Of a DNA stretch of 64,000 bases, positions 11,834 to 24,793 are shown one piece after another (the first letter of the stretch is position 1; each line of letters opens with the position of its first letter). The notes below the pieces were generated by a model. The model made no database searches, was not told where the DNA came from, and saw only the letters and a list, made by a program, of their open reading frames with translations. This DNA comes from an uncultured Methylomirabilota bacterium. Its GTDB lineage: Bacteria; Methylomirabilota; Methylomirabilia; Methylomirabilales; 2-02-FULL-66-22. The stretch spans positions 96,001 to 160,000 of the forward strand of contig CAWJSJ010000004.1 in assembly GCA_963845565.1 (NCBI GenBank). Reading direction: 5' to 3'. The position numbers and the translations under genes were made by a program.

Positions 11834-12919
11834 ATGAATGGCATGAGCGACCCATCGAGAGATCTAACCCGCACCATGCTCCAGGCGGCGTTCGTCGGCG
11901 CGCTGGTCGCCGGAACCTTCTGGATCCTGTACCCGTTCCTGCTGCCAGCCATCTGGGCCGTGACCATCGTGGTGGCGACGTGGCCGGTGATGCTGTTCGT
12001 GCAGTCGCGACTCTGGGGCAAGCGGGGCTTGGCCGTGACGGTCATGACGCTGGCGTTGCTCCTGATGCTCCTCGTTCCGCTGGCTCTCGGGATCATCACG
12101 ATTGCGCAAAACGCCGACCGGATCGTCGGGTGGGTCAAGTCTCTGATGACCTTCAGGGTTCCGCCGCCGCCGGAATGGCTCGGGGGAGTTCCGATTGTCG
12201 GACCGAGGGTGGCGGCGCAATGGGAACAACTGATCGCCGTCGGCCCGGGGGCGATTTCCGAACAACTGGCGCCCTATGTCAGCACCGTCGCCGGTTGGTC
12301 CGCCGCCCGGGTCGGGGGCGTGGGTGTGATGCTGGTGCAGTTCCTTCTGACGGTCGTGATCGCGGCGATCCTCTATGGCCATGGGGAAACCGCCGCCGCA
12401 ACCGTGTGCCGACTGGCGCGCCGGTTGGGCGGTGTCCGCGGCGAGGGCGTGGTCGAGCTGTCCGCCCAGGCCGTGCGCGCCGTCGCTCTCGCCGTCGTCG
12501 TCACCGCGATCGTGCAATCGGCCCTGGGCGGAGTCGGTCTGGTTATCGCCGGCGTGCCCTTCGCGCCCATCTTGACGGCGGTGATGCTGCTGGGCGCGGT
12601 CGCGCAGGTCGGCGTTGGCCCCGTGCTCATCCCGGCGGTGGGGTGGCTCTACTGGAGGGGCGATTCCGGTTGGGGCACCTTCCTGCTGGTATGGGCGGTC
12701 GTCGTCCTGAGTCTCGACAATTTCCTTCGGCCGGTACTCATCCGCAAGAGTGCCGACCTCCCGCTGTTGCTGATCTTCACGGGTGTGATCGGCGGCCTGA
12801 TCGGTTTTGGAATCATCGGGCTGTTCGTCGGGCCGCCGGTGCTCGCCGTCGCCTACACCCTGGCCAAGGCGTGGCTGGGGGACGGAGAGCGCGACGGCGT
12901 GCCGCCGCCGCTGTCCTGA
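11834..12919 (+). CDS. AI-2E family transporter (YdiK-like)
   Basis: DNFLRP, GVIGGL.FG..GLF.GP motifs; multi-TM. Confidence 0.88.
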   Translation: MNGMSDPSRDLTRTMLQAAFVGALVAGTFWILYPFLLPAIWAVTIVVATWPVMLFVQSRLWGKRGLAVTVMTLALLLMLLVPLALGIITIAQNADRIVGWVKSLMTFRVPPPPEWLGGVPIVGPRVAAQWEQLIAVGPGAISEQLAPYVSTVAGWSAARVGGVGVMLVQFLLTVVIAAILYGHGETAAATVCRLARRLGGVRGEGVVELSAQAVRAVALAVVVTAIVQSALGGVGLVIAGVPFAPILTAVMLLGAVAQVGVGPVLIPAVGWLYWRGDSGWGTFLLVWAVVVLSLDNFLRPVLIRKSADLPLLLIFTGVIGGLIGFGIIGLFVGPPVLAVAYTLAKAWLGDGERDGVPPPLS

Positions 12920-12937
12920 CGCGCAGCCGGACGTGTT

Positions 12938-15628
12938 ATGGACGTCATCAGCACGCATATCCATGCCGACTTCGACGCCCTGGCCTCGATGGTGGCGGCG
13001 GCGAAGCTGTACCCCAAGGCACGCCTGCTGTTCCCGGGCTCTCAGGAGCAAAACGTCCGGGAATTCCTCCAGGACACGCGATTCCCGCTGGCGACGGAGC
13101 GGTTGAAGGGGTTTCCCATTGCGTCGATCGCGCGCTTGATCCTGGTGGACGTCAAGCGGGGGACTCGGGTCGGCCCGCTCCGGGAGATCCTGGGGCGGCC
13201 GGGGCTGGACGTGCACATCTACGACCACCATCCGGCCCACCCCAAGGATATCGCCGGGAGCCTGGAAGTCTTGCGTGAGGTGGGGGCCACCACGACGATC
13301 CTGCTCGGCCTCTTGCGGGATCAGGAGGCGGCCATCACGCCGCAGGAGGCCACGCTCTTCGCCCTGGGGATTTACGAGGAGACGGGATTCCTCACCTTCA
13401 CCAACACGACCGAGGCCGACTTTCACGCGGCGGCGTATTGTCTGTCGCATGGGGCCAACCTGTCGCTGGTGGCGGACTTCATTCGGCGAGAGCTCACGGC
13501 GGTGCAGGTGGGGCTGCTGAACGAACTGATCCGCTCGGCGGAGACCCACACCGTCAACGGCGTCCGTGTCGTCATCGGCACCGCCTCGTCGGATCGGTAC
13601 GTGGGCGATCTGGCGATGTTGACCCACAAGCTTCGCGACATGGAGAACATCAACGTCCTGTTCACCCTGGTGCGGATGGACAATCGGGTGCACCTGGTGG
13701 CACGCAGCCGGCTGGAGGTGGTGGACGTCAGCCGGATCGTGGAGCCCTTCGGAGGCGGCGGCCACGCCACGGCGGCTTCGGCCACCATCAAGGACCTGAC
13801 GCTCTTTCAGGCCAAGGAACGCTTGCTGGGCCTGCTGCGCGAGTCCATTCGACCGCTCACGCGGGCGCGGGACATCATGACGGCCCCCGTGAAGGCCATC
13901 CCGGAGCGGTTTACGATCCGGGGCGCCGCGGAGATCATGAACCGGTTCAACTTGGCGCACCTGCCGGTGATCCGGCGGGGCGACATGATCGGGTTGATCA
14001 CCCGCGAGGTGGTGGACAAGGCGATCTTTCACGGTCTCGGCGACGCGGCGGTCCACGAGTATATGACCGGGGAGTTTGCCCGGGTGACCCCCGAGGCGCC
14101 TCTCTCCGAGGTGCAGCGGCTGATGGTGGAACGGAGCCTGGGTTTCGTGCCGGTGATGCAGGGGCAGCGGCTGCACGGGGCGGTGACGCGGGCGGACGTG
14201 CTCCGCCATGCGTACGAGGATCTGCTCACCCGTCCGACGTTCTCGACCTCGGAGGACCGGGAGCCCGCCGGGCCGACCGTCCGTACCGTCGCCAACCTCC
14301 TCGCCAACCACCTGCCGGGACGCGTGCAGGCGCTCTTGCGGTCGGCCGGCGCGGTGGCGGACGAGATCGGCACCCGGATCTACACCGTCGGCGGGTTCGT
14401 TCGGGATCTCTTGCTGCGGCATGAGAACCTGGATGTGGACCTGGTGGTCGAGGGCGACGGGATCGCGTTCGGGGAGCGACTCGGGCTGCGGCTGAACGCC
14501 AAGGTGACGAGCCACCCGAAGTTCGGCACGGCGGTGCTCATCCTTCCCGACGGATTCCGAGTGGACGTGGCCACGGCTCGCACGGAATATTACGAGTATC
14601 CGGCGGCGCTGCCCACGGTCGAACACAGCTCCATCAAGATGGACCTGTACCGTCGAGACTTCACCGTCAACGCGCTGGCGGTGTGCCTGAACGGCGCCCG
14701 GTACGGGGAGCTGTTGGATTTCTTCGGCGGCCAGCAGGACCTGCGGGACAAGACGCTGCGGATCATTCACAACCTGAGCTTTGTCGAGGATCCGACGCGC
14801 ATCCTCCGTGCAGCCCGCTTCGAGATGCGCTTCGGGCTGCATCTGAGCCGGCATGCGGAGCAGCTCAGCGTCAACGCGGTGCAGATGGGGCTTCTCGACA
14901 AGGTGGCCGGCCCACGGGTCTTCACCGAACTGCAATCGATCCTGCGCGAGCCCCGACCCTGGGCGATCCTGCGGCGGGTGGAGGCGTTGGGCGCGCTGGC
15001 GGCCATCCACCCACGGCTCGTGCTGGGGCGGGCGACGGAGCAGCGCTGCCAGCGCGTCGGAGAGGTCCTCACCTGGTACACCCTGCTGTATCTTCAGGTC
15101 CAGCCCGCACCCTGGCTGGTGTATTTCCTGGTGTTGCTGGAGGAGCGGCCCGGCACCGAGGCCCGGGCGATCCTGCGGCGGTTGGGCCCGCCTGCGAAGA
15201 TTGCGAATGTGGTGGCGCGGGACTTGGCCCGGCTGCGGTCGCTGGCGCGGAGTCTCCAGCGCACGCGCGAGGTCGCGCCGAGTCGCATGTATCGATGGTT
15301 GGCAGAGGTCTCGGTGGAGGTGGTCCTGGCTCTCATGGCGGTGGTCGGCCGCCCGGAACTCCGCAAGGCCATCGGTGATTTCCTGGGAGCCAGCGGCCGC
15401 GTGCGGCCCTTGCTCCGGGGCGACGATCTGCGGGCGCTGGGTATCCAGCCGGGGCCGGTGTATCGGGACATCCTGAACTCGCTGCTGTATGCACGGCTGG
15501 ACGGGCACGTGCAGAGCCGTGACGATGAATTGCGGTTCGTGCGTCGCCGGTTCGCCCGGGCGTTTCCCGCGGAGATGACCGGTCCGGCGAAAGCGCCGCG
15601 CACCCGATCCGCCCGACCTGGCGACTGA
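12938..15628 (+). CDS. DHH/DHHA1-CBS-class II tRNA nucleotidyltransferase (A-adding type)
   Basis: THIHADFD, DHH, GGGH, CBS pair, VGGFVRD/DVDLV, RRDFTVNA, EDPTRILRA. Confidence 0.88.
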   Translation: MDVISTHIHADFDALASMVAAAKLYPKARLLFPGSQEQNVREFLQDTRFPLATERLKGFPIASIARLILVDVKRGTRVGPLREILGRPGLDVHIYDHHPAHPKDIAGSLEVLREVGATTTILLGLLRDQEAAITPQEATLFALGIYEETGFLTFTNTTEADFHAAAYCLSHGANLSLVADFIRRELTAVQVGLLNELIRSAETHTVNGVRVVIGTASSDRYVGDLAMLTHKLRDMENINVLFTLVRMDNRVHLVARSRLEVVDVSRIVEPFGGGGHATAASATIKDLTLFQAKERLLGLLRESIRPLTRARDIMTAPVKAIPERFTIRGAAEIMNRFNLAHLPVIRRGDMIGLITREVVDKAIFHGLGDAAVHEYMTGEFARVTPEAPLSEVQRLMVERSLGFVPVMQGQRLHGAVTRADVLRHAYEDLLTRPTFSTSEDREPAGPTVRTVANLLANHLPGRVQALLRSAGAVADEIGTRIYTVGGFVRDLLLRHENLDVDLVVEGDGIAFGERLGLRLNAKVTSHPKFGTAVLILPDGFRVDVATARTEYYEYPAALPTVEHSSIKMDLYRRDFTVNALAVCLNGARYGELLDFFGGQQDLRDKTLRIIHNLSFVEDPTRILRAARFEMRFGLHLSRHAEQLSVNAVQMGLLDKVAGPRVFTELQSILREPRPWAILRRVEALGALAAIHPRLVLGRATEQRCQRVGEVLTWYTLLYLQVQPAPWLVYFLVLLEERPGTEARAILRRLGPPAKIANVVARDLARLRSLARSLQRTREVAPSRMYRWLAEVSVEVVLALMAVVGRPELRKAIGDFLGASGRVRPLLRGDDLRALGIQPGPVYRDILNSLLYARLDGHVQSRDDELRFVRRRFARAFPAEMTGPAKAPRTRSARPGD

Positions 15629-15823
15629 ATCCGAGGAGCCCGATGAGCCAGCAGCCCAGACTCCCCATAAGGCTGGGCTGTTTCTCCTCCTCGTCGGGTA
15701 CGGTCTGGTGGGAGTGTACACGCTCCGGCGCCGGCGTGGCAGGCCGTCGTGGTCGGCGTGAACTCCGGCCACCCGAAAAGCCCTTAACTTCTCGTATCTT
15801 CTGAGCCGGAGCCGAGTCTCCAA

Positions 15824-15852
15824 TTGACAAAACTGGGGGGATCGGGTACGGT
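15824..15852 (+). promoter_or_regulatory. Sigma70-type promoter for the S2P-trpS-guaBA run
   Basis: TTGACA-N17-TACGGT. Confidence 0.55.
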
Positions 15853-15885
15853 TCTCCATTCATCCGAATGGCAAGAAGGGAGCCT

Positions 15886-16524
15886 ATGTTCGACCTCTCC
15901 GGCACGATCCAGGACCTGGCGATTCGCATCCCCGTTTTCCTCCTGGCGCTGACAATTCACGAATTCGCTCATGCGTGGGTGGCCTACCGCCTGGGGGATC
16001 CGACCGCCCGGTCGCAGGGCCGCCTGACCCTCAACCCTCTGGCCCACCTGGACGTCATCGGGACGATCGCCATCGTCCTCATCGGGTTCGGATGGGCGAA
16101 GCCGGTACCGGTTGATGCGCGGTATTTCCGGCAACCCCGGCGGGACACCATTCTGGTCTCGGCGGCCGGACCGCTCAGCAATCTGCTGCTGGCCGCGGCC
16201 ATGGCGTTCTGCTATCGGATGATCCCCTGGGGGGCGTGGGGGATCGAGGCCGCGTGGCTCGTGGTGCCGCTTCGCGCAATGATCCGGACGGCGGTCTGGG
16301 TCAACGTACTCCTGGCCATCTTCAACTTGCTGCCGATTCCACCCCTGGATGGCAGCCGCGTCGTGTCGGGTCTGTTGCCTCTGCGCCAGGCCATCACGTA
16401 CAGCCAGCTGGAACCGTACGGGTTTGTGATCATCTTCCTGTTGTTCTTCACCGGGATCATGGATCCCATTTTCGGCGCGGCGGTCCGGACTGTGACACTG
16501 GCGCTGTTCCAGATCTGGGGGTAA
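15886..16524 (+). CDS. Site-2 protease (M50) family metalloprotease
   Basis: HEFAH and FNLLPIPPLDG motifs. Confidence 0.92.
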   Translation: MFDLSGTIQDLAIRIPVFLLALTIHEFAHAWVAYRLGDPTARSQGRLTLNPLAHLDVIGTIAIVLIGFGWAKPVPVDARYFRQPRRDTILVSAAGPLSNLLLAAAMAFCYRMIPWGAWGIEAAWLVVPLRAMIRTAVWVNVLLAIFNLLPIPPLDGSRVVSGLLPLRQAITYSQLEPYGFVIIFLLFFTGIMDPIFGAAVRTVTLALFQIWG

Positions 16525-16633
16525 CGCGACGTCGGAGTAACGGCCCATGTCCGATGCGTTTCCCGGGCGCGGCCCTTTATGGGCTGGCGGCTGACCGCTG
16601 ACGGCTGATAGCTTCTCTTCACACGGAGACCGC

Positions 16634-17620
16634 ATGACACGGAAGCGCGTTTTGAGCGGGATGCGCCCGACGGGGCGACTGCACATGGGGCACCTCTTTG
16701 GGGCGCTGGACAACTGGCGGAAGCTCCAGGAGACCTACGACTGCTTCTTTTTCATCGCCGACTGGCACGCCCTGACGACCGACTACGCCGACCCCTCGAA
16801 GGTCAGGGAGTTCACCACCGAGGTGGTCCTGGATTGGCTTGCGGCCGGTCTGGACCCTCAGAAATCCACTTTTTTCGTGCAGTCCCGGCTGCCGGAGCAC
16901 GCGGAGCTGCACCTGCTCTTTTCGATGTTCACGCCGTTGGCTTGGCTGGAGCGGGTGCCCACCTACAAGGAGCAACGGGAGCAGATCACCGACAAGGACC
17001 TGAGCACGTACGGGTTCCTCGGTTATCCCCTCTTGCAGGCAGCCGACATCCTGATCTACAAGGCGCACTACGTGCCGGTGGGCGTGGACCAGGTGCCGCA
17101 CGTGGAGTTGACGCGGGAGGTGGCGCGGCGGTTCAATTTCCTTTACAAGACCGTCCTGGTGGAGCCCGAGGCGTTGCTGACGGAGTTTCCCAAGATCCCC
17201 GGAACGGACGGCCGCAAGATGAGCAAGAGCTACGACAACGCCATCTTCCTGTCCGACTCCCCCGAGGCGGTGACGGCCAAGATCAAGCCCATGATCACGG
17301 ACCCGGCGCGCCAGCGTCGGCGCGACCCCGGTAATCCGGAGGTGTGTCCCGTCTACGATCTCCACAAGGTGTTCACCCCGCAGGGCGAACGAGAGACGGT
17401 GATCGTCCCGGGCTGTACCAGCGCCGGTATCGGGTGCCTGGACTGTAAGCAGGTCCTGCTGAAGCACGCACTCCCGGTCCTGGGCCCGGTCTCGGCGCGG
17501 CGCGCCACGCTGGCCGAGAACCCGGATGCGGTCCGGGCAATCTTAGAGGACGGGACCGCCCGCGCGCAGCAGGTGGCACGCCAGACCCTGGCCGAGGTGA
17601 AGTCGGCGATGCAGATCTAG
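16634..17620 (+). CDS. trpS: Tryptophan-tRNA ligase
   Basis: [27 protein letters not shown]. Confidence 0.96.
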   Translation: MTRKRVLSGMRPTGRLHMGHLFGALDNWRKLQETYDCFFFIADWHALTTDYADPSKVREFTTEVVLDWLAAGLDPQKSTFFVQSRLPEHAELHLLFSMFTPLAWLERVPTYKEQREQITDKDLSTYGFLGYPLLQAADILIYKAHYVPVGVDQVPHVELTREVARRFNFLYKTVLVEPEALLTEFPKIPGTDGRKMSKSYDNAIFLSDSPEAVTAKIKPMITDPARQRRRDPGNPEVCPVYDLHKVFTPQGERETVIVPGCTSAGIGCLDCKQVLLKHALPVLGPVSARRATLAENPDAVRAILEDGTARAQQVARQTLAEVKSAMQI

Positions 17621-17661
17621 GAACCCATTTCCGGCAGGTCAGAGCCGCAAGGGGGACGCGC

Positions 17662-19137
<1,476 letters not shown>

Positions 19138-19146
19138 GCTCGTTTC

Positions 19147-20679
19147 ATGGACAAAGTCCTCATCCTCGACTTCGGCTCGCAGTACACGCAGCTCATCGCG
19201 CGGCGGGTACGCGAACTCAAGGTGTATTCCGAGATCCATCCGTACTCGATGTCGGCGGCCGAGATCCGCGCGTTCGGGCCGACGGCGCTGATCCTGTCCG
19301 GAAGCCCTGCCAGCATTTACCAGGCGGACGCACCCCGACCCGACCCCGGCATCCTGGATCTCGGCGTTCCGGTCCTCGGGATCTGTTACGGGCTGTGCGC
19401 CCTGACGGTTTTGGCGGGCGGGCAGGTGGCGCGGGCGGCGCGGCGGGAGTACGGGCCGGCGGACCTGCTCGTCGATCACGGCGAGGACCTGTTCGCCGAT
19501 CTGCCGAGCCGGCTGCCGGTCTGGATGAGTCACGGGGACCAAGTGACCGATCTCCCCGGCACGTTTCGGGTGCTGGCCCATACGGACAATTCCCCCTACG
19601 CCGCCTTCCGGCACCGGGAGCGCCCGTTCTACGGCGTCCAGTTCCACCCGGAGGTCGTGCACACGCCCCAGGGGAAGGCGATTCTGGGGAACTTCCTCTT
19701 CCGGGTTGCCAAGTGCCGGCCGACCTGGACCATGCGCTCCTTCGTGGAAGCGAGCGTGGCGCGTATTCGTGAACAGGTCGGCGCCGGCCGCCTCTTGTGC
19801 GGTTTGTCGGGCGGTGTGGATTCGTCGGTGGCCGCGGTGCTGGCGCACCAGGCGGTGGGCGATCGGTTGACCTGCGTGTTCGTGGACAACGGCCTGCTGC
19901 GGATGAACGAGGCTGCCCAGGTGGTGGAGATGTTCGGAAAGCACCTGGGCCTGCGCCTCATCGCGGTGGACGCCGGGGCGCGGTTTCTGGAGCGGCTCTC
20001 CGGCGTGACCGACCCCGAACGGAAGCGAAAGATCATCGGCGCCGAGTTTATCGCGGTCTTCGAGGCGGAGGCCAAGCGCCTGGGCAGGACGGAGTTCCTG
20101 CTGCAGGGGACGCTCTATCCGGATGTGATCGAGAGCGTATCCGTCAAGGGGCCGTCGGTCACCATCAAGACGCATCACAATGTTGGCGGCCTACCGGAGA
20201 AGATGGGGTTCGCGCTGGTCGAGCCGCTCCGCGAGCTGTTCAAGGATGAGGTCCGGGAAGTCGGCAAGGAACTCGGTCTGCCGGAGGTGCTCCTCTGGCG
20301 TCAACCGTTTCCGGGGCCGGGACTGGCCGTCCGTTGCGTGGGGGAGATCACCCGGGACCGACTGGACCTCTTGCGGCGCGCCGACGTCATCGTCGAAGAG
20401 GAGATCCGCAGGGCCGGCCTGTACCGCGACATCTGGCAGGCGTTCGCCGTGCTGCTCCCTGTTCGCACGGTGGGCGTGATGGGCGACGAGCGGACCTACG
20501 AGCACGTGGTCGCCATTCGCGCCGTCCAGAGCCACGACGGCATGACGGCCGACTGGGTCCGACTGCCTTACGAGGTACTGGGCACCATCAGCAGCCGCAT
20601 TGCCAACGAAGTCAAGGGTGTGAACCGGGTCGTGTACGACGTCAGCAGCAAGCCGCCCAGCACCATCGAGTGGGAGTGA
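19147..20679 (+). CDS. guaA: GMP synthase (glutamine-hydrolysing)
   Basis: [32 protein letters not shown]. Confidence 0.97.
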   Translation: MDKVLILDFGSQYTQLIARRVRELKVYSEIHPYSMSAAEIRAFGPTALILSGSPASIYQADAPRPDPGILDLGVPVLGICYGLCALTVLAGGQVARAARREYGPADLLVDHGEDLFADLPSRLPVWMSHGDQVTDLPGTFRVLAHTDNSPYAAFRHRERPFYGVQFHPEVVHTPQGKAILGNFLFRVAKCRPTWTMRSFVEASVARIREQVGAGRLLCGLSGGVDSSVAAVLAHQAVGDRLTCVFVDNGLLRMNEAAQVVEMFGKHLGLRLIAVDAGARFLERLSGVTDPERKRKIIGAEFIAVFEAEAKRLGRTEFLLQGTLYPDVIESVSVKGPSVTIKTHHNVGGLPEKMGFALVEPLRELFKDEVREVGKELGLPEVLLWRQPFPGPGLAVRCVGEITRDRLDLLRRADVIVEEEIRRAGLYRDIWQAFAVLLPVRTVGVMGDERTYEHVVAIRAVQSHDGMTADWVRLPYEVLGTISSRIANEVKGVNRVVYDVSSKPPSTIEWE

Positions 20680-20719
20680 GGGGAGCGCTCCCGCTGTCGT
20701 TTGCGACGCCGTGCCCGCC

Positions 20720-21152
20720 ATGACCGACGAACGGCTGGACCTAGCCGACTTTCTCTTCGACGAGGATCTCCCGGCGGAGATCGTGGCGCCTGGGGCGCAC
20801 ATGCCCACCGTGGATGCCGCCGCGGCCGCCATGCGGGTCGCGCCCGAGCAGATCTTCAAGTCCATCCTGTTCGTCGCGGCCGGTGCGTTGGTGGCGTCGG
20901 AACGCCGCGTGGATCGGCGGGTCGAGGCCTCACGGGATCGGTCTCAAGCTGGCAGCCGGACGTCTGGCGACGGGTATCCCGCGGGCGGACGCCGCCGGTG
21001 GGCACCGGGAGCGGTCCGGTGTCGTGGACAGGTCGCACCAGCTGGGGTACGCCGGCGGCGGGCGGGCCGAGCTCTTGGTGAAGATCCGCTCGGCGGATAT
21101 CATCCGCCTGACGGGCGCCTAGGTCGCCGATGTCATCGCGAATGACCGATGA
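20720..21152 (+). pseudogene. Degenerate YbaK/EbsC tRNA-editing protein
   Basis: TVDAAAAAM..EQIFKSILF, GYPAGG and YAGGG...LLVKI lie in different frames with apparent deletions; in-frame TAG (21120-21122) precedes the VADV tail. Confidence 0.65.
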
Positions 21153-21256
21153 GGAATGAAGAATGTAAAACCGACAACCGACAACCGGCCGATCGCTTCC
21201 ATTGACCGGTTTTCCGTCGTGTCCGTTATTCATTGAGCACTCGCTGAAGGGTAGCC

Positions 21257-24200
21257 ATGCCACACGCCGATTTTGTTCATCTCCACCTGCACACGCAGTA
21301 CTCGCTCCTGGACGGGGCGTGCCAGCTGGATCGGTTGATCGCCAAGGCCAAGGAATACAGGATGCCGGCCCTGGCGATGACGGATCACGGCAACCTGTTC
21401 GGAGCGGTGGACTTCTACGCGCAGGCCTCCAAAGAGGGGATCAAGCCCATCATCGGGTGCGAGCTCTACATGGCCCCGGGCAGCCGCTTCGAGCGCACGC
21501 CGCAGGACGGCCAGTACGAGGGGGCGAACCATATCACGCTCTTGTGCCGGGACCTCGTCGGATACAAGAACCTGATCAAGCTGGTGACGGCGGGATACTT
21601 GGAGGGGTTCTACTACAAGCCCCGCATCGATCGGGAACTGTTCGCACAGCACGCCCAGGGCCTGGTGGTGCTGTCGGGGTGCCTGAACAGCGAACTGGGT
21701 CACGCCCTGCTCGACACGGACGAAGCCAAGGCCGCGCAGATCGCCAAGTTCTACCTGGACGCGGTGGGCAAGGAGAACTACTACCTGGAGATCCAGGATC
21801 ACGGCTTGGAGGACCAGCGTACGATGACGCGCGGGGTCCTGCCGCTCGCCAAGCGGCTGGGCATCCCGGTGGTCGCCAGCAACGACGTCCACTACCTGAA
21901 CGCGAGTGACCACAAGGCCCACGAGGTCCTGCTCTGCGTCCAGACCGGCAAGACGCTGCGGGACGCGGACCGCTGGCGCTTCAGCTCCCAGCAGTTCTAC
22001 CTCAAGTCGCCGCTGGAGATGCAGACGCTCTTCGGCGAAGTGCCGGAAGCCCTGCGCAACACCATCGCCATCGCGGAACGCTGCAATCTGGAGCTGACCT
22101 TCGGCAAGATCCGGCTGCCCAAGTACGCGGTGCCCGACGGGTACACGCTGGATTCCTACCTGCGGAAGCTGGCCGAGGAGGGCCTCCGCAAGCGGTACGA
22201 CGAGCCTGGCGCGGAGGCGCTCGACCGGCTGAACCGGGAGCTCGAGGTCATCAAGAAGATGGGGTTCGCGGGCTACTTCCTGGTGGTCTGGGACTTCATC
22301 AGCTACGCCCGGTCGCGCGGGATCCCGGTGGGACCCGGGCGCGGCTCGGCGGCCGGGTCTCTGGTGGCGTACAGCTTGGCGATCACCAACATCGACCCGC
22401 TTACGCTACGGCCTGCTGTTCGAGCGGTTCCTGAACCCCGAGCGGATCAGCATGCCGGACATGGACATCGACTTCTGCGACGAGCGGCGAGACGAGGTCA
22501 TCGAGTACGTCCGAAAAAAATACGGGGCCGAGAACGTCTCCCAGATCATCACCTTCGGGACCCTGGGCGCCAAGGCGGTCATCCGGGACGTCGCCCGGGC
22601 GATGGGGATGACGTACGCGGAGGGGGACAAGATCGCCAAGATGGTCCCCAACACCCTGAACATCTCCCTGGACGAGGCCGTCAAGGATTCGGCGCCGCTG
22701 AAGCAGGCGATCGAGCAGCAGCCGGGGGTGGCGGAATTGATCGAGACGGCGAAGGTGCTGGAGGGGCTGACCCGCCACGCCTCGACCCACGCCGCCGGGG
22801 TGGTGATTTCCAGCGAGCCCCTCACCGAGCACGTCCCGCTGTACAAGGGGGCCAAGGGCGAAATCACGACCCAGTACGCCATGACGGCCATCGAGAAGAT
22901 CGGCCTGCTCAAGATGGATTTCCTGGGCCTCCGGACGCTGAGCGTGATCGCCAACAGCGTCAAGCTGATCGCGCAGAGCCGCGGCGTCACGGTGGATGTC
23001 GAGCGCATTCCCCACGACGATCCGGCGGCCTTTCAGCTCCTGGGGGAGGCCAAGACGTTCGGTGTCTTCCAGCTGGAGTCCTCGGGCATGCGCGATCTGC
23101 TCCGGCAGCTTCGCCCAGGCCGGATCGAGGACGTGGTGGCCCTGGTGGCCATGTACCGGCCGGGACCGATGGAGCAGATCCCCAAGTTCATCGAGCGAAA
23201 GCACGGTCGGACCAAAGTGGAGTACGAGCACCCGCTGATGGAGGCCATCCTCAAAGAGACCTACGGGATCATGGTCTACCAAGAGCAGGTCATGCGGATT
23301 GCCTCGGACCTTGCGGGCTTCTCCATGGGCGAGGCGGATATCCTCCGGCGAGCGATGGGCAAGAAGAGCCCGGAGTTGATGGCCGAGCAACGGAAGAAAT
23401 TCGTGGACGGGGCCCTGGCGCATGGCGTGCCGGAGAAGAAGGCGGACAAGATCTTCAGCCTGATGGAGCAATTCGCGGGGTACGGCTTCAACAAGTCCCA
23501 CGCGGCGGCGTACGCCATCATCGCGTACCAGACGGCGTACCTGAAGGCCAACTACCCGGTCGAGTTCATGGCCGCCCTGCTCACCTCGGAGACTTCCGAC
23601 ACCGACAAGATCGTCAAGTACATCGAGGAATGCCGGACCATGGGGATCCAGGTGCTGCCCCCGGACGTGAACGAGTCGAGCAGCGACTTCACGGTGGTGG
23701 GGGACAAGATCCGGTTCGGACTGGTGGCGGTCAAGAACGTGGGGGAGACGGCCATCCACTCCATTCTGGCGGCGCGGACCGGGGAGGGGCGTTTCCGCGA
23801 CCTCTTCGATTTCTGTGAGCGCGTGGACCTGCGGCTGGTCAACAAGCGCGTGGTCGAGGCCCTCATCAAGTGCGGCGCGTTCGACTCGCTGGGAGCGCGG
23901 CGCGCTCAGCTCATGGCCGTGCTGGACAAAGCCGTGGAGGCGGCCGCCTCCACGCAGCGGGACCGCGCCCGCGGTCAGGGGTCCCTCCTGGATGTCCTGT
24001 CGCCGACGGGCACCGGGCACCGCGCGTCGCCGGCCATGCCCGACCTGCCGGAGTGGGACCGGTTGCAGCTCCTGGCGACGGAGAAAGAGACGCTGGGGTT
24101 CTATATCACCGGGCATCCCCTGGCGGAGCACCGCGGGCTGTTGGCCAAGTACGCCACGACCCCGGCGGAGGAGTTGCCCACCCTCCAGGACAAGGCCACG

Positions 24201-24695
24201 GTGCGTGTGGGGGCCATTGTGACCGCGGTGAAAGAGATCAGCACCAAGAGCGGGGATCGGATGGCGTTTGTGACGCTGGAAGACCTGACGGGCTCGGTGG
24301 AGACGGTGGTCTTTCCCGACGTGTATCGGTCCAGCATGCTGCATCTGGCCAAGGACTCGGCGGTTCTCGTCAAGGGGCAGCTTGACCTCGCCGAGGATGG
24401 CGCGGTCAAGCTGCTCGTGAGCGAGGTGCGGCCGCTGGCATTGTCGGGCAATGGGGGCACGCCGCTCGTCGAAGTGACGCTCGGCGGGGCCGCCGCCACG
24501 CCCGAGGCACTGCGTCGACTGGAGGGCATCCTGCGGGCCCATCCGGGGAACGCTGCGCTGCGGCTGCACCTCGACCTGCCCGACGGGAAACGCGTGACGA
24601 TCGCACCGGCGACCTCCCTCAGTGTGACGCCCGACGAGAAGCTCCGACAGGCGTTGGAGGCGGAATTCGGCGTGGGGTGCCTGACGCTGCGATAG
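21257..24695 (+). CDS. dnaE: DNA polymerase III alpha subunit, with a +1 frameshift at ~22401
   Basis: [13 protein letters not shown] (PHP), [10 protein letters not shown]; removing one base gives [33 protein letters not shown]. Confidence 0.93.
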
Positions 24696-24793
24696 TCCGA
24701 CGAGTCGGCCCATCCGCAACGACACGGGTTGGCATCCGAAGGGATCGTTGGTCATTTGGTGTTCAGTGTGGGGTTTCCGAGGGGGTGAGGGGC

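Noticed and set aside
11864..15859. 1331-aa minus-strand ORF, and similar long antisense ORFs (17617-20178, 22401-24872, 43801-47325, 48303-50459)
   Set aside because: Shadow frames of well-supported genes in high-GC DNA; no family motifs.
21120..21122. Pyrrolysine or amber readthrough in ybaK
   Set aside because: The gene has several other lesions and no pyl genes are seen; decay or error is simpler.
22380..22460. Split dnaE as a split-intein or two-gene system
   Set aside because: No intein motifs; removing one base joins the halves seamlessly.
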